Below, one piece after another: positions 60,525 to 64,000 of a stretch of DNA of 64,000 nucleotides. Every line of letters starts with the position of its first letter. The first letter of the stretch is position 1. The notes under the pieces were generated by a model, which saw nothing but the letters and a program-made list of their open reading frames with translations, was not told where the DNA came from and made no database searches. The translations under genes and the position numbers were made by a program. The stretch covers positions 103,424 to 167,423 of the forward strand of contig NW_021833742.1 in assembly GCF_006345805.1 (NCBI RefSeq), written 5' to 3'. This DNA is from Octopus sinensis. Lineage: Eukaryota.

Positions 60525-60870
60525 GGCAGTATAAGAAGTGAGAGGTGTAATATATCTCTACAGACCCTGCATCTTTAAAATGCCATTTCAAAGCCAAGTC
60601 TATCCCCAACCACTTTTCATTGAAGTGTGACTCCTCTCAATTCCCAACTCATCCGAGAACAATGAAATACAGCAATATTAATACACGTTCTCTTGAATTT
60701 AGTAAACATATATTTAAATTCGCGTTTTAAATTTTTTACTCGTCCCACACACTTATACGATCCGTTTCAAGTTCAAAAGCACGAGGTTACAGTCGGCTAA
60801 CAAATTCGTAGACAACAGTTAAAACCTTATGACAGTTTAATGCCATTCAAGATTTAATGTGGCAACTGGC
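60525..60870 (-). mobile_element. hAT fragment, copy of 48390-48730
   Basis: ataagaagtgagaggtgtaatatatctctaca...gccattcaagatttaat is shared. Confidence 0.8.
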
Positions 60871-61109
60871 CTATGTTAGACTGGCGAACAAATGTACGTG
60901 ATCCCAATACACTCAACCAGGGACTTCATCCTCGCTCGGTGTTCTATCCACGAGCCCACACAAGACCGCACCGGGTGGCTCATATCCAAAATTGTATTGG
61001 AAAAAAGATGTCAATCATCCGGAAGTACGTCTAAGCACGACTAAAAGATGGTAATTACATATTTAGATTTCCTTATTTTTGGTTTTAGACTAAATAAATG
61101 CGGCCCTCA

Positions 61110-62200
61110 ATGGGAAATTATTAAAAACAAAGCTACTGCGTTTGACACCCCTGAATTAGTCGTTCTCTCTCAAATTTGTGTTTCAATACTGTGTCACATG
61201 ACAATTCTATCAATTTTTCCTTTTCAAAAGTTTAAAATAAAAATTCATAATTTTCTTCATCAATAAATTGCTACTATATCCATGTGAACGTTTTATAGTC
61301 GAGATTTTTAAAATAATTAGCAAATCAGCAAATATGTTTTTGTTTGCTTCAATGTTTACTATGGGACAAAAATTATTTAAAAGTAGAAACATTTCATAGA
61401 TTTTTTTCGTTATGTTCGATTTCCAAATTTCAATTTTATAATCAATACTTTTACTTTGTCTTTTTGAGTGAATGATTACAGCTGTGGTCTCTGCACTAAT
61501 TTATTTAATCTCACAAAAATTTGAGCCAAATAGGCAAATTTGACAATAAACTTATCATTTCTGAACAATTTTGCATCTTCAATGTCATTTTCATCAATAA
61601 AATCTGCAACTTGATCTTTGAGCTCAAACACCATTTTTGCACAAGATACCCAGCGGACCTCACAATAAAATAAAACTGATGAAACCAACTGATCCAAAAG
61701 AACTTAAGATATGTCATCGATGCTTTATCTGTAGACGGTATTTGCCGTAATTGTTTGGCATAATATTCGCCAAACATTGTTTCAACCATATCAATGGCTG
61801 CTTGCAAAATTAGAGTTTCTCAGATATTGTGCAGTTTCTTAGATTTTCCAAATTTTGCAGGAAACTTTTTACGTAGCTAATAAAGCATTTGATGAGACAA
61901 AAATATGTTTTTTTAACGTTTCCGTTTGTTTATTGTATTCCTCTAATTTTATTGAAAAATTCTTCAGACTTATAGACATATTCAGAATTTATCGTTTCAA
62001 AATGTATTTTTAATTTTGATGGCTTCATACTATCTGATGTAATTGTTTTAAAACAAAGCAAACAGAGGGATATTTCCAAGCCATCAACAATAATACGCGT
62101 GAATTCTAATAATAAATCGGATGGACAATTTTTTTTATCTTTGGAGTCGTAATAATTATATTCCAATTATTTTGACTATTTGAACCACCTTCAATATCTT
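61110..62200 (-). mobile_element. hAT (Buster/ZBED5-like) transposase remnant, copy B
   Basis: CLLCFKTITSDSMKPSKLKIHFET and LFYCEVRWVS. Confidence 0.8.
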
Positions 62201-62438
62201 TATTATTCGTAAATTTTCTTTTTTAACCACTCGAAAATTTATCCATGTTGAACCTATTTAAATTAAATTTTTGTCAGAATATAATCACGATTTTTATATA
62301 AATCTAACTTAAAAAAAATATTTTTGAGAAGTGTCTCCCTTGACACAAGTCAAAGCTGAGTCTAATCCACAAGACGACTGTTAAGATAGTCTCCTTTTTT
62401 AATCTGAGACGGTATTGTTTCAAATTCCTGAGAGCCTA

Positions 62439-64000
62439 CAGTGGGGCAAAAAAGTCATGGAACGCTTGCATATTTTGATTAAATTTAATAATTCTCTACT
62501 AAAATAATATCAAAAATTGTAGTTTAAAAAGAAATTAGAAATATAAAAAATTTTAGATTAATTGTTGAAAAAACTAAACTTGAGATATTTATACAGTACG
62601 ACCTCGAATTGGGGAAAACCAAGTAGCGGGGAAATCCTCTTATTTGAGGAAAACCTTGTTTTGGGGAAAATATTTTCGCCATGCCTATAAAATACGATGA
62701 TTTTTAATGAAATAAACCCCCTACTGGGGAAAACTAAATCAAAATGAAAAGATTAGAATTTAAAAAGATATACAGTCGGGTCATAAGGATAAAATGAGTT
62801 GTGAAGGATTTAACATCTCTAAAAGAATCCTATACTAAAAAAGAAAAGGGAAGGAATCCTACCTCAAGGCTACATAACATCCGAAGGGACAATTGGATAC
62901 GAATTGAATGCCTAGGTTTACGAGATTTTTCGTTATCTCAGGTCAAAAGGTTTCCCAATCAATGGGCCAACCTTACAGCTTATTACATGTAAAATTGCAT
63001 ATAGAAATTGAAATCACGATTTCACTGTTTCTAATGGATGACTTTACAGATTCAAGAAACAATTCGACATAAAATTCAGAATTTTACATGGAGAATCACG
63101 ATAAGCTGATAAAGGATGTGCGGAAAACTTCCGATCGACTTTCAATGATTAAAAATAAAAATTGTAGTTATTCGTCTCTGTTATATTATTAAGGTAGGAT
63201 ATCGAACAGGAGAGACCTAAATTTAATGAAAAACCTTTTTTTGAAGAAAACCTCAAAATTGGGGAAAAATTTCTCCAATTCGAGGTCGCACTGTACTGCC
63301 ATAATTAACGATTTTTATGTAAAATCAATTTATTGAAGTAAAAAAGTCATGGAACGAAATCGAATTAATATTTAGTTGCGTTTCTTTTTGCTAGTAGCAC
63401 TGCTTCAAATCATTTGACATTCAAATAGACTAGTATTTTCCCTTTGTTCATAGCAAATTGCTTTTGTGAATATTTTTTGGTTTCCTTGAACCAAATTTTA
63501 TTTTAAAAAATTTTACCTAAATGTTGATTGGATTGAGGTCTGGTAATTACTTAGTTTCCAAAGCATTTATTTTGTCCCTTAGTAACCATTCAATAGTCAT
63601 TATGGAATGTTCATTATTGTATCAAATTTAATTTAGCGACCGAACGAAACGAATATTCTTCTAGGATTTCGCCATATTTTATTCAATTCGTTATTCTATC
63701 TATTACAAATAATTCACTGATGCCTGATGATAAAAAACAGCCACACAGCACGATGCTTCTTCCCCTGTCCTTTATGGTAGGTATGGTGTATTTTGGTTAT
63801 TTGTCTGATTGGATTTACGCCAAATTGAAGGCGTGTAATTCAGTCCAAAAAGTTGTATTTTTTATTCGTCCGACCATAAAATATTAATTATGAATTCATT
63901 TTCTTTATTTAAAAGATATTTGGTCTTTTTAATTCTTGCAGAAATGTGAATTTTCAGAAATATTTATTTGAAATTCATGAAAATAGTTAATTAAAATAAG
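62439..64000 (-). mobile_element. Second Tc1-family remnant, running off the window
   Basis: TA|cagtggggcaaaaaagtcatggaacg, with an inner repeat aaaaaagtcatggaacg at ~63340. Minus-strand GRSIVLCGCFLSSGISEL and PQSNQH. Confidence 0.65.
62594..63293 (+). mobile_element. Non-autonomous pogo/Tigger-like element nested in Tc1
   Basis: TIRs cagt(a/g)cgacctcgaattgg and ccaattcgaggtcgcactg, with a TA TSD on both sides. Confidence 0.85.

Larger units (their letters stand above)
59370..62720. repeat. Composite direct repeat, copy B, with different nested inserts
   Basis: Matches 50890-53970, lacks the RTE insert and carries extra sequence at ~60200-61090. Confidence 0.85.

Noticed and set aside
1-64000. 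rRNA, tRNA, snRNA or spliced-leader genes as targets of the R4/CRE elements
   Set aside because: None was recognisable by eye. An Infernal scan would be needed to exclude divergent copies.

Overview
This is AT-rich eukaryotic nuclear DNA in the standard genetic code. It appears to come from a ciliated animal with miniaturised spliceosomal introns, mostly 23-31 nt. A dicyemid/orthonectid-like organism is the best guess and is inference only. About 16 host genes can be assembled by hand across the micro-introns: a reduced tetraspanin-like protein, an unknown membrane protein, CIBAR/FAM92, GOSR2, an ABCG1/4-like transporter, SAS-6, a small mitochondrial-type membrane protein, PMM, a mucin-like protein, WDR19/IFT144, CFAP161, galactokinase, ATRIP-like, a myristoylated non-RD AGC kinase, OXLD1 and the 3' half of GPN1. 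Between them lies a dense, nested mobilome: CRE-like, R4-like and RTE-like non-LTR retroelements, Tc1, pogo-like, hAT, a Merlin-like MITE, Helitrons and Ginger-type integrase transposons. The best 'system-like' observation is an apparently intact Ginger-type DNA transposon (39-bp TIRs, 5-bp TSD). Its DD35E integrase gene is split by four host-sized micro-introns, and a decayed relative has a different intron set. Other leads are GC-AG micro-introns, a GPN1 micro-intron apparently inflated to more than 5.5 kb by transposons, a RING-CH-like module in frame with a LINE ORF, and a galactokinase with an arabinokinase-like Gly. No rRNA, tRNA or CRISPR array was supported. All family assignments come from motif recognition, not database searches, and remnant boundaries are approximate.
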